Origin: an uncultured Bacteroidota bacterium
GTDB taxonomy: Bacteria > Bacteroidota > Bacteroidia > Bacteroidales > DTGW01
Direction of reading: 5' to 3'
Assembly (NCBI GenBank): GCA_963851385.1
Contig: CAWKPE010000018.1
Location: 183,968-247,967, forward strand
Length of the DNA: 64,000 nt
The first letter of the stretch is position 1, and each line of letters opens with the position of its first letter. This document shows positions 30,269 through 39,415 of the stretch, piece by piece. A program made the position numbers and the translations under genes. A model generated the notes under the pieces. The model saw only the letters and a list, made by a program, of their open reading frames with translations. It had not been told where the DNA came from and ran no database searches.

Positions 30269-31600
30269 TTATTTTCTCTTATTATTTGATGGAGTTTGAG
30301 TATTTTGTCTGGCTGGTTGCTCAACATGTTGGTTTTCCTGCTGTCTGGGAGGAGGAGAATAGTTTTGTTGCTGGGACTGCCTTACAGGTTGCTGTTGTGG
30401 TTCAATTTGCTTCCATGTATTTTGATGATATTGCTGAGCATTTCTTATCTGATTGAAATTTTCAGTCTGCTTTGAAGGACTAGGACTATTAGGCTTTATG
30501 TTAACGTTGTCACGTCTTTGATTAGGCTCATTATTTAACTGCGGACTTTTGATTACCGGTTGTTGTTTATTAATATTGCTATTTTGAACATTTGTATTTT
30601 GTTGAAGATTTTGTTCAGGCTGTCTGTTATTTGTTTGTTCATTTTTTGTAACTTTATATTGATCCGGTATTGCAACAGTTGGTTTCTTAACCGGTTCAGT
30701 TATAGTTTCCCAAGAAGATTCTGTTTTAGAATCCCTTCGAATTACTTGTTTTTTAGAAGCATCTACAGATAATAAAGGATAATTCTTTTGTTTCTCTTGT
30801 AAATATTCAGATTGCTCAATCTGATGTTGCGGATTTTTGGCATTATATTCCCTTCTATCTATCTCCATTTGACCATACTCTTTAAATCGCCGGGTTCTGT
30901 TGGAATTATCTTTGTCCCAATCATCATTTACTATATCCCTGTTCCTGTTACGCCAATTATTCACACTATGGCTTATACTGTTATAGTTCATTGATTCTCG
31001 GTGATTGTCATAATAATTATAATAATGATTTGATAATTCAGGGTATTTGTAATAATGTTCCGGATAATAAAAGTACCAATCCATGAAATATGCAGAGGGA
31101 AGTCCGAAAAAAACCACATGCCCGCCTGGGCCATAATAAAATCCCCAATCGTACCAATATGGATAAGGATTCCAATAATCATAAGGATACCATGAAGGGT
31201 AGCCGAACCACCAATTGTAAGGATTAGAATTGTAATTTGTGACATCCGGTGTAAGTGAAGCATTATAATCTTCAGGCTGATAGCCATTATCCTGGGCATA
31301 TTCCTGCGCAGCCTGGGTAAATTCTTCCTGTGACTGGGGATTGTCATTCATACTTTGTTTCCAGTCATCAGCTTCCTGAGTATTTTTTTGAGTTAATATA
31401 AGATTTAAAGAATCTGTTTTATGTAAAACTCTTTCAGGATTTTTTCTATAATAATCTCCTACAACAACCGTATATTGCATATGGTCGTATAGTAAATCCA
31501 GAACTTCAGGCATTTTTATCATTTCCCTGAAAGCATTGGCCGCTTCGGGAGGATAGTTGTTCAGCAAAAGGCCAAAATCTGAATTATAACTTTTATTCAT
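30269..31600 (-). CDS. aromatic- and Gln/Asn-rich low-complexity protein (probably the downstream part of one gene with 31597-31878)
   Basis: 443 aa with no signal peptide of its own. Contains a W/Y-rich block (WFGYPSWYPYDYWNPYPYWYDWGFYYGPGG) and a Q/N/P-rich tail. Confidence 0.6.
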   Translation of the reverse strand: MNKSYNSDFGLLLNNYPPEAANAFREMIKMPEVLDLLYDHMQYTVVVGDYYRKNPERVLHKTDSLNLILTQKNTQEADDWKQSMNDNPQSQEEFTQAAQEYAQDNGYQPEDYNASLTPDVTNYNSNPYNWWFGYPSWYPYDYWNPYPYWYDWGFYYGPGGHVVFFGLPSAYFMDWYFYYPEHYYKYPELSNHYYNYYDNHRESMNYNSISHSVNNWRNRNRDIVNDDWDKDNSNRTRRFKEYGQMEIDRREYNAKNPQHQIEQSEYLQEKQKNYPLLSVDASKKQVIRRDSKTESSWETITEPVKKPTVAIPDQYKVTKNEQTNNRQPEQNLQQNTNVQNSNINKQQPVIKSPQLNNEPNQRRDNVNIKPNSPSPSKQTENFNQIRNAQQYHQNTWKQIEPQQQPVRQSQQQNYSPPPRQQENQHVEQPARQNTQTPSNNKRK

Positions 31601-31878
31601 TTTATCAATCTGAACAAGCAGATCATAATTATTTTTTCGAATGCATCTTGTGAATTCTTTTGCATTGCATTCAGTTTCGCGATAACTTCAGGGTATTCAC
31701 AAGCTTCAAATATTATTCTTCTTGTTTCCGTTGGATACATTGCAATTGCATCCACAGCTTCCTGATTTTCCTGTATTACCTGCTTAAGTAAGGACTTGCT
31801 GTTATCCTGTGCTGCACATTTTATCCATGTAGCAGCTATTAGAAACATTAATAATGCTACATTGTAAATCTTTTTCAT
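31597..31878 (-). CDS. signal-peptide-bearing N-terminal segment of the aromatic/Gln-rich protein
   Basis: 93 aa. Signal peptide plus a YPTETRRIIFEACEYPEVIAKL motif that recurs as YPPEAANAFREMIKMPEVLDLL in the next ORF. The ORFs overlap by ATGA. One extra A in the A6 run (plus-strand T6 31632-31637) would fuse them. Confidence 0.55.
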   Translation of the reverse strand: MKKIYNVALLMFLIAATWIKCAAQDNSKSLLKQVIQENQEAVDAIAMYPTETRRIIFEACEYPEVIAKLNAMQKNSQDAFEKIIMICLFRLIK

Positions 31879-32165
31879 TTGTTTAAAATTAAGTTTTCTA
31901 AGGTTGTATTGTCTGGCTTGCGATAAGGGTTTATGTCTTTATTTTTAAATTATTATAATTAAATATTTGAGATTGAATCTAAAAGTTTTCTTTTGTGATA
32001 AATAACAAATCCATACAATTTATTATTAGCAATTTACATATTAATATGCAATTATTTGATATATATCTTTTAGATTAAAAACGATAAATCTTATTAACTC
32101 CTTTCTAAGTAGTATATCCCAATGTTACACCTCTCAGTTTATTGTTTAATTCAACAACTAATGTT

Positions 32166-32819
32166 TTAAACGTATTCGGCAAACATAGTTGTTATTGAAT
32201 TTTCTATAGACAGGCAATATCCCTGAATACCCAAAGCCATAGCAGCATCAACATTGAGTTGGAAATCGTCAATGAAAAGAGTTTCTGCTGCTTTTAAATT
32301 TTCATCTTTTAAAAGTTTCAGGTAAATTTCGCTATCCGGCTTACGCATATGAATCCTGCATGAATAATAGGTTTTGTCAAATAGTGGATCAAGGTTTTTA
32401 AAATTGTAAGTTTGCCGAGTATATTCAAAAAGGCGTGTAAGATGAATTTCATTTGTATTGCTTAAAAGAAAAGTTTTAAAATGATTCTTCAGGTTTTGCA
32501 ATAGCCGGATTCTATCTTCCGGAATTTTTACAAGCATTGAATTCCATGCTTTATTAAAATCCTTATCTGTTACATTTATATTAGTCACTTTGCGAAGTCC
32601 ATCTCTAAATTCAACTGGAGAAATTAAGCCTTTATCATAGTTATCAAACAGGGTAGATTGTCCCAACTGGTTGTATAATTTATCGAAATTAGTAAATCCT
32701 ATTTCCTTTAAATTATTTAAGGCCTTTTGAAAGTCAATATTCATTATAACTCCACCCAAATCAAAAATCAAGTTTTTAATATTTCTATACTCTTTATCCC
32801 CAAAAACCAGATTAGCCAT
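32166..32819 (-). CDS. HAD-superfamily hydrolase (subfamily IA-like)
   Basis: Motif I LIFDLGGVIM. Later LLSNTN and FIDD motifs. ATG 32819 is preferred over the TTG at 32897. Confidence 0.75.
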   Translation of the reverse strand: MANLVFGDKEYRNIKNLIFDLGGVIMNIDFQKALNNLKEIGFTNFDKLYNQLGQSTLFDNYDKGLISPVEFRDGLRKVTNINVTDKDFNKAWNSMLVKIPEDRIRLLQNLKNHFKTFLLSNTNEIHLTRLFEYTRQTYNFKNLDPLFDKTYYSCRIHMRKPDSEIYLKLLKDENLKAAETLFIDDFQLNVDAAMALGIQGYCLSIENSITTMFAEYV

Positions 32820-32980
32820 AAAAATTCCATTAAACGTTTGAAAAATACTCAGTAAATATTTAATATTGCAATCCCAAAAATAATTGATTATTGACAATTG
32901 CCAATTGTCTATTGAAGAGGATTAAAATTTTATTCATTAATTTTAATCCTCAATAAAAAAGAATCAATAATCAATTATTT

Positions 32981-33054
32981 AGGGCCCATAGCTCAGCTGG
33001 TTAGAGCACCTGACTCATAATCAGGGGGTCCCTGGTTCAAGCCCAGGTGGGCCC
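32981..33054 (+). tRNA. tRNA with CAT anticodon (elongator Met or lysidine-modified Ile2)
   Basis: Acceptor GGGCCCA/TGGGCCC, anticodon stem-loop CCTGA-CTCATAA-TCAGG, T-arm CCTGG-TTCAAGC-CCAGG. Identity cannot be settled by eye. Confidence 0.85.
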
Positions 33055-33065
33055 ACAATAAAAAG

Positions 33066-33101
33066 CCACTTTTAGAAACTTGTTTATAAAAGTGGTTTTT
33101 T
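33066..33101 (+). terminator. rho-independent terminator after the tRNA
   Basis: 9-bp stem CCACTTTTA/TAAAAGTGG followed by TTTTTT. Confidence 0.7.
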
Positions 33102-33657
33102 CATTTGCATACAGTTTAGAAAAACCAGTAACCTTGATCACATCTGGCCGGAATAAATTGACCATCCGTGACCACTATTAAGAACTTGTTTATATGATAT
33201 TTATATTATTTGCAATCTAGTCGGCCACATATGATCATGCCTTCCGGCTTTTGCAATCTACTTCAATTAGTCTTTTCTCCAGATTTATCTTTCTTATCTC
33301 TAGTTGTTCAAGAATATTACTATATGGTTTTTATGCACTTACTAAACATTCCTTAAATTATATTAACTTGCATTTTGTTCATCCATTACATCTAAGTTTC
33401 ACAATTGGATATGAAAAAATTATATTAACTCTTGATTTTCACTTCAAGATTTTTGTAAGTTTGTATAAAAGAAATCAAAACAAAATAAAATAGCAGGAAA
33501 ATTAATTATAACTTGCTTTAAAAACTTAATTTATATCGGGACTCATACTGATATTACTTAAAAATGAAAAATAGATTTCTTATTTTTTTTCTTTACAAAT
33601 TATGAGATATTAATCATTTTAAAATATTTTTTATTTTTTAAAATAAGTCAATTAGTT

Positions 33658-34542
33658 ATGGAAAAGTCATTACTTATAATTCTTTTTATTACTTGCTCTT
33701 TTCTATTGTACTCACAAAACAGCAGTAATGTCGGAGTTAATGCATCTGGTAATCAATTTATAAATATCGCTAATCAAAGATATGAGATAAAAAATACGAG
33801 GTTTGAGCAGGTAGGGAATCAGATATTTATTTATTACGATCTGATTACGGATGTAAATCAAAAATTTGATATTAAGATTCTCTTTTCAAAAGATAAAGGG
33901 GCTACATGGAGCAAACCTTTGGAAAAGATAAAAGGGGATGTTGGACCAGGCATAAAACCTGGTATTAATAAAACAGCTACATGGGATGTATTAAATGAAG
34001 AAAGTGAACTAGTAGGCAATATAATGTTTAAAGTTGAAGTATCATTTTCGGAAAGTAAATTTCCAGGCAAGGAGGGTACTTTTATCGATGGACGTGATGG
34101 GCAACACTATAAATGGATTCGCTATGGTGACCAGATTTGGATGAAAGACAATCTGAATTATAAAACATCCAAATTTATGTACAGCATGAATGATACTTCT
34201 GCATTCTATACATGGGAAATTGCTTTAGAAGTATGCCCTGCAGGCTGGCATTTGCCTTCGGATTTTGAATGGAAAATGTTAGAAGACAATATAAAACAAG
34301 TAGTTCATCACACTAATGAGATAGCTATCCTAAAAGAACTGACAGATGTTTTTATTTCTCATTCATACCCGGGTTTTTATCTAGATGGAAAAAACAATTA
34401 TGCTAGTGTATTAGCAGCTTTTTGGACAAGTACTCCTGATGAACCTGGTGCTAAAGCAAAATTTATTGGCAAAAATAGTTTTTCGACCACTGAACAAAAT
34501 AAGCCTAACGGTTTAAGTGTGAGATGTATTACCCAAGAATAA
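33658..34542 (+). CDS. secreted FISUMP-domain protein (Fibrobacter succinogenes major paralogous domain)
   Basis: Signal peptide and an N-terminal beta-rich domain. C-terminal GRDGQHYKWIRYGDQIWMKDNLNY...CPAGWHLPSDFEW...GLSVRCI pattern. Confidence 0.75.
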   Translation: MEKSLLIILFITCSFLLYSQNSSNVGVNASGNQFINIANQRYEIKNTRFEQVGNQIFIYYDLITDVNQKFDIKILFSKDKGATWSKPLEKIKGDVGPGIKPGINKTATWDVLNEESELVGNIMFKVEVSFSESKFPGKEGTFIDGRDGQHYKWIRYGDQIWMKDNLNYKTSKFMYSMNDTSAFYTWEIALEVCPAGWHLPSDFEWKMLEDNIKQVVHHTNEIAILKELTDVFISHSYPGFYLDGKNNYASVLAAFWTSTPDEPGAKAKFIGKNSFSTTEQNKPNGLSVRCITQE

Positions 34543-34549
34543 CTTTAAA

Positions 34550-36679
34550 ATGTTAAATATCACATACAGAACTATTTTAATTTTTTTATTGGCTAATGCT
34601 GTTTTATTAGCTTACCCGCAGAAAATAATTTCTGATAAATCTTCTTTATCTTTTGTAAAAATTGAATTAGTACCCGTTAATATTAAGAAAATTGAAGACG
34701 CCAGCGATATACATTATGTAAGGATACAGACAGTAAATAAATCCAAAGAACTAATATTAAGCGGTATGAGTGATTGCATCTTTGCAAAAATTGAACCGCT
34801 AAGTATTGATAAATATTCAGATAAAACAATCTCAAATACTAAATCATCCGATCTTAAAGAAAATGCTCAAAATGTAACTGTAGAAAAGAAAAGTGACAAT
34901 ATTAAGATTATAGAAACAAATAAGCTTTCTGAAAAAAAACATAAGACGCCCATTGAAACCAGAAGAGATACTGTCTCCATTGCCCAAAATGATAGACCTG
35001 GAAAAACAATAAATACAGATAAGCCGAAAACCCAACCTCCTGTTATTACCTGGTTGTATCCGTTAGATAGTAACCTTACCAGTAATACGGGGCAATGTAC
35101 AATCAAGGCAGGTTTGAGATCGACCAGTTCTATAAAATCTGCAAAAATAATAGTAAATGGCATTGCCCATTCCTTAGAGCAGGTGCTTAAAAAAGCAAAC
35201 TCTGATAATTACCAATGGACAATGGAATTTCCGCTGGTTCTAAAATCCGGGGAAAACAGCATCAGTATTATCGCCAGCAATATTGCTGGAAACACATCTT
35301 CAGAAAAGAGACTTATCATATACGAGGTCAAAGAAGGACCCCAAAACCCTGTTGCTAATGTAAATATAATTACAGGAAATGCAACCAATATAGAAACCCC
35401 TAAAATGATGGCCCCGATTATTAGCTGGATTAGTCCGTCAAAGCCAAATACAGATGTAAATCAATATACCGCAAAAATCAAGGCAAAAATTAAATCCAGC
35501 GATAATTTACAATCGGTTCTGGTGTATGTAAATGACGTAGCATCTGAAGAACACGGATTCACTCCTTTACCCGATGCAATCGGAGAATATCTGTTGGAAA
35601 AACCTATAACCCTTCAATCGGGCGAGAATAACATTTATATTGTTGCAACCAATGTTACAGGAGCTACCAAATCGGAATTACGTTATCTGACCAATCCTAC
35701 TGATAATCCGCCTGTAATTAATTGGGATGTCCCGGATGCATACGTTTCTTCGGTAATGACCGAAAGTGTCAATATAGAAGTCTGTATCAAGTCAATTACG
35801 GATCTTAAATCGGCACAGATATATGTTAACGGCACACAACAAATAAGCGATATGGTATTTCAGCGCTCCGGAATCAGCGACTGTAATTATATCTGGCAGA
35901 AACCAATAATATTGAAGGAGGGAGATAACGGGGTCTTTATTATTGCAACTAATATGGCCGGCAGTACTACATCAGAAAAGCGTGTGATTAAAATGGGGTC
36001 AACGATGTTCGAAAAGCGCCTTGCACTTGTCATAGGCAATTCAGTTTACGGAGAAACAAATTTGAAGAATCCGGTGAATGATGCCAACCTGATAGAAGGT
36101 ACATTGAAGAACCTTGGTTTTGAAGTGATCAAACGTATCAATGCCAGCAAGACAGATATGGAAAATGCTATAAAAATGTTCAGCAAAAAATTACCCGATT
36201 ATAACGTAACTCTATTTTATTATGCAGGACATGGCATTCAGGTCGAAGGAATGAATTACCTGATTCCTGTCGATGCAGTGATGAAGGAAAAGACGGACTG
36301 CAAATGGGAAGCTATTTCAGTGAATTATATTGTTGAAGAGTTTGAAAAATATCCGGACAATACCAATATTGTAATTTTAGATGCCTGCCGTAACAATCCT
36401 TTCATTTCCTGGGAAAGGGGTGGTGAAACAGGATTTAAAGCAATTTCGCCTGCCAGTGGAACTATTATTTCTTTTGCCACATCCGAAGGTGCAGCTGCTT
36501 CAGATGGCCAGGGTGCAAACGGCTTGTTTACAGAAGAATTAGTTAAGCAAATGATAATCTCCCAACCCATTGAAAGTGTATTCAAGAAAACACGTGTCCA
36601 GGTTGAGAAAAGAAGTAAAAACGCCCAAAGCCCCCAGGAATGGTCAAAGTTAAAAGGAGACTTTTATTTTAAGAAATAA
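34550..36679 (+). CDS. caspase-family (peptidase C14) protein with three Ig-like repeats
   Basis: N-terminal signal/anchor. Three ~100-aa repeats, each starting P(P/I)(V/I)I(T/S/N)W and ending (GEN/GDN)...A(S/T)N(I/V/M)(A/T)G.T.SE(K/L)R. C-terminal caspase core: LALVIGNSVY...NPVNDA, YYAGHG (His) and ILDACRNNPF (Cys). Confidence 0.8.
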   Translation: MLNITYRTILIFLLANAVLLAYPQKIISDKSSLSFVKIELVPVNIKKIEDASDIHYVRIQTVNKSKELILSGMSDCIFAKIEPLSIDKYSDKTISNTKSSDLKENAQNVTVEKKSDNIKIIETNKLSEKKHKTPIETRRDTVSIAQNDRPGKTINTDKPKTQPPVITWLYPLDSNLTSNTGQCTIKAGLRSTSSIKSAKIIVNGIAHSLEQVLKKANSDNYQWTMEFPLVLKSGENSISIIASNIAGNTSSEKRLIIYEVKEGPQNPVANVNIITGNATNIETPKMMAPIISWISPSKPNTDVNQYTAKIKAKIKSSDNLQSVLVYVNDVASEEHGFTPLPDAIGEYLLEKPITLQSGENNIYIVATNVTGATKSELRYLTNPTDNPPVINWDVPDAYVSSVMTESVNIEVCIKSITDLKSAQIYVNGTQQISDMVFQRSGISDCNYIWQKPIILKEGDNGVFIIATNMAGSTTSEKRVIKMGSTMFEKRLALVIGNSVYGETNLKNPVNDANLIEGTLKNLGFEVIKRINASKTDMENAIKMFSKKLPDYNVTLFYYAGHGIQVEGMNYLIPVDAVMKEKTDCKWEAISVNYIVEEFEKYPDNTNIVILDACRNNPFISWERGGETGFKAISPASGTIISFATSEGAAASDGQGANGLFTEELVKQMIISQPIESVFKKTRVQVEKRSKNAQSPQEWSKLKGDFYFKK

Positions 36680-37076
36680 ATATAAACATGAATTTCTCTA
36701 AAAAATGCTTTAATTCTGAAATATATCAAATATCGTTTCAGAACCCTTTACCATAACACGAATTCGGGTCATGGCACAGGTTATGAAAGTGTCATATGTA
36801 AAAGTTTTTTCCCCTTTTTAAAGTGTAATTTAATACTTCATAACGCTTATTTTCTCAATGGTTTTTATGCTGAGGTGGCGCCACATATCCCTCAAAATCG
36901 GGATTTTTTATATACTTTCATCTCATTTAAAACTTAATTATTTTTTAAGCATGTTGTTTGCACCAATGCAAATAACACAAGTCGACTAAGTAGCAAATAA
37001 TTAATATATTTGAAGCAATTCTCTTCTCTGATTTATTTTATTTGCATAAAAGTAGGATACTGAAAATATTGACGTC

Positions 37077-38645
37077 ATGAACAATAAGGAACACGACAAC
37101 AAGAAAAAATTCAAAATATTAATTGTTGATGACAGTCCGACCAATATTGAATACCTCACGAGCATTTTAAAAAATGAAAATTATTTAATTGCTACTTCAA
37201 ATAATGGCGCTACAGCCATCACAAAAGCTAAAGGCAACAAGTTCGATCTCATTCTTCTGGATATTGTAATGGAAGGTATTGATGGATACGAAGTTTGCAG
37301 GGAATTGAAAAAGTATCCTTCAACAAAGGATATTCCAATAATATTTCTTACAGGATTAACAGATGCTGAACATTTAGCCTTGGGATTCGAATATGGCGCA
37401 GTTGATTATGTTAAAAGGCCTTTTAACCAATCGGAGCTCAATGCAAGAGTACATACTCATCTTGAATTAAAAAGATCAAAAGATTTAATTGCCGAGAAAA
37501 ACAAGCAGCTTGAAGAAACTAACGAAGAGTTGGAAAGATTATCCATTGTTGCTAGTCAAACAAGCAATTCGGTTATTATTGCAGACGAATCAGGTGAAAT
37601 TGAATGGGTAAATGATGGATTTACCAGGCTCACGGGGTTCTCTTTTGAGGAATATAAAAGCATCAAAGGATCAAATATATTAGGTTGGAGCAATAATAAG
37701 CAAATTGCAGATGAAATAAACCGATGCATAAAACAAAAACAATCTATAGTTTACTCATCTGTAAATATCACTAAAGATGGCAAGGGACGATGGATACAAA
37801 CTACATTGACTCCAATATTGAATAACAATAGAAAAGTTGTAAAACTTGTTGCTATTGATAGTGACATAACATTAATAAAACAAGCAGAGCAGGAGATTAA
37901 GAAAAAAAATCAGGAACTGGAAGCTGAAAAGAACAGATCTGAAGTATTATTACTTAATATCCTTCCGTATGATACTGCAGAAGAACTAAAAAGATTCGGA
38001 AAAGCAAAAGCAAAGTATTATGAACTTGCTTCAGTTTTATTTACTGATTTTGAGGGCTTTGCTAAAATAACTGAATCTATTTCCCCGGAACAACTTGTGA
38101 CTGAACTAGACAATCTCTTTGCAAAACTTGATGAAATAATTGAAAAATACAATTTGGAAAAAATAAAAACAATTGGAGATTCATATATGTGTGCCGGGGG
38201 AATTCCGGTTCCTAATCACAAAAATCCTTTTATGACAGTTCTCGCAGGGCTTGAAATTCAAAAAGTAATTCGTGAATTAAACATTATAAAATCAAAAAAT
38301 AACCAACTGGTTTGGAATTTACGACTTGGTATACATACCGGCGAATTAATAACAGGTGTAGTTGGAAAAAAGAAATTTGCTTATGATATATGGGGTGATA
38401 CAGTAAATACAGCCAGCCGTATGGAATCGGCAGGAGAAATTAATAAGGTAAATATATCAGGTCAAACTTATGATATTATCAAAGATTTCTTTGATTGTAC
38501 TTATAGAGGTCAAATAAAAGTAAAGAATAAAGGAGATATTGATATGTATTTTGTTGACAGAATTAAACCCGGCTTTTCTAAAGATAGTAAAGGCACCGTA
38601 GCTAATGATAAATTCATTACTTATATTGAAAAATTAGATAAATAA
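37077..38645 (+). CDS. response-regulator receiver / PAS / class III adenylate-guanylate cyclase fusion protein
   Basis: REC domain (ILIVDDSPTN...DLILLDIVMEGIDGYE), coiled linker, PAS-like region and cyclase domain (LFTDFEGF, KTIGDSYMCAGG, DIWGDTVNTASRMES). Confidence 0.8.
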   Translation: MNNKEHDNKKKFKILIVDDSPTNIEYLTSILKNENYLIATSNNGATAITKAKGNKFDLILLDIVMEGIDGYEVCRELKKYPSTKDIPIIFLTGLTDAEHLALGFEYGAVDYVKRPFNQSELNARVHTHLELKRSKDLIAEKNKQLEETNEELERLSIVASQTSNSVIIADESGEIEWVNDGFTRLTGFSFEEYKSIKGSNILGWSNNKQIADEINRCIKQKQSIVYSSVNITKDGKGRWIQTTLTPILNNNRKVVKLVAIDSDITLIKQAEQEIKKKNQELEAEKNRSEVLLLNILPYDTAEELKRFGKAKAKYYELASVLFTDFEGFAKITESISPEQLVTELDNLFAKLDEIIEKYNLEKIKTIGDSYMCAGGIPVPNHKNPFMTVLAGLEIQKVIRELNIIKSKNNQLVWNLRLGIHTGELITGVVGKKKFAYDIWGDTVNTASRMESAGEINKVNISGQTYDIIKDFFDCTYRGQIKVKNKGDIDMYFVDRIKPGFSKDSKGTVANDKFITYIEKLDK

Positions 38646-39415
38646 AAAAGATGTCACCTGCAAAAAGAAACCGCTTTAACTTACCTATTAGCAGAATATT
38701 TTAGATTATAAAAAACTTATTCTGTTGAAAAACTTCCCTTTTAAGAAATTGTCATAACTAAATTCAGAATCTGTATTTGGAAATTTTCAAAGTGAAATTT
38801 GAAATTTATTCTTTACACTTTATTCTTAGATTAAACTAATTGCTTTGCATGATTTATTCAAGTTAATTATCTCATCTTAAGAGCATAATAAGGGAATACT
38901 GTTATTTGTTTTGTGCAGATAAAATTAAAAAAACATAAATCAAATGAAAGAATTACAACATCATTTGAAAGAATTACAACATTGTTAAAAAATATAAAAT
39001 TATATGTTTGTGCGCTTTCAAGGCTTGCTTATTTTAATATTATCTTAAGAAACATTTATTGTTAGAATATGAACATATTTTTTCCGGTACCTTCAAAAAT
39101 ACTTTGTTCGAATTATATTCTTTGTTGTGATTCATTTCTAATACTTGTTGAAAACTATACTGCAGTGATGTTTTAACAATGTACAACTAAAAAATATAGT
39201 TCTATCTAATGTAAAATTGATAATGACTCCTGTTTATCTGGAATAATTGATTTTAAATGAATTTATAATTACTTATTAAAACAAAAGAGAAATTTTTGTC
39301 TAAAGAGCAAAATTCAAATTCAGTCAAAGAAAGAATGTGAAAAATAATGATAGCTTTTTCTCTTACGATAAAATAGATTAAGAACGCAAGTGTAAAAGAT
39401 AAAGACATAAATATA

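Noticed and set aside
33251-33493. 80-aa + strand ORF downstream of the tRNA
   Set aside because: It has a TTG start, a low-complexity hydrophobic/Ser-rich sequence and no motif, and it sits in an AT-rich spacer. It is most likely non-coding.
33055-33657. Integrase-mediated island insertion at the tRNA(CAT) 3' end
   Set aside because: There is no integrase gene downstream, and I did not find a direct repeat of the tRNA 3' end within the window. Island status remains only a hypothesis and is recorded as such under the caspase finding.
37077-38645. Pycsar/CBASS-like antiviral nucleotide cyclase
   Set aside because: The cyclase is fused to a receiver and a PAS domain, which is ordinary two-component signalling architecture. 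No adjacent cyclic-nucleotide-sensing effector gene is present.
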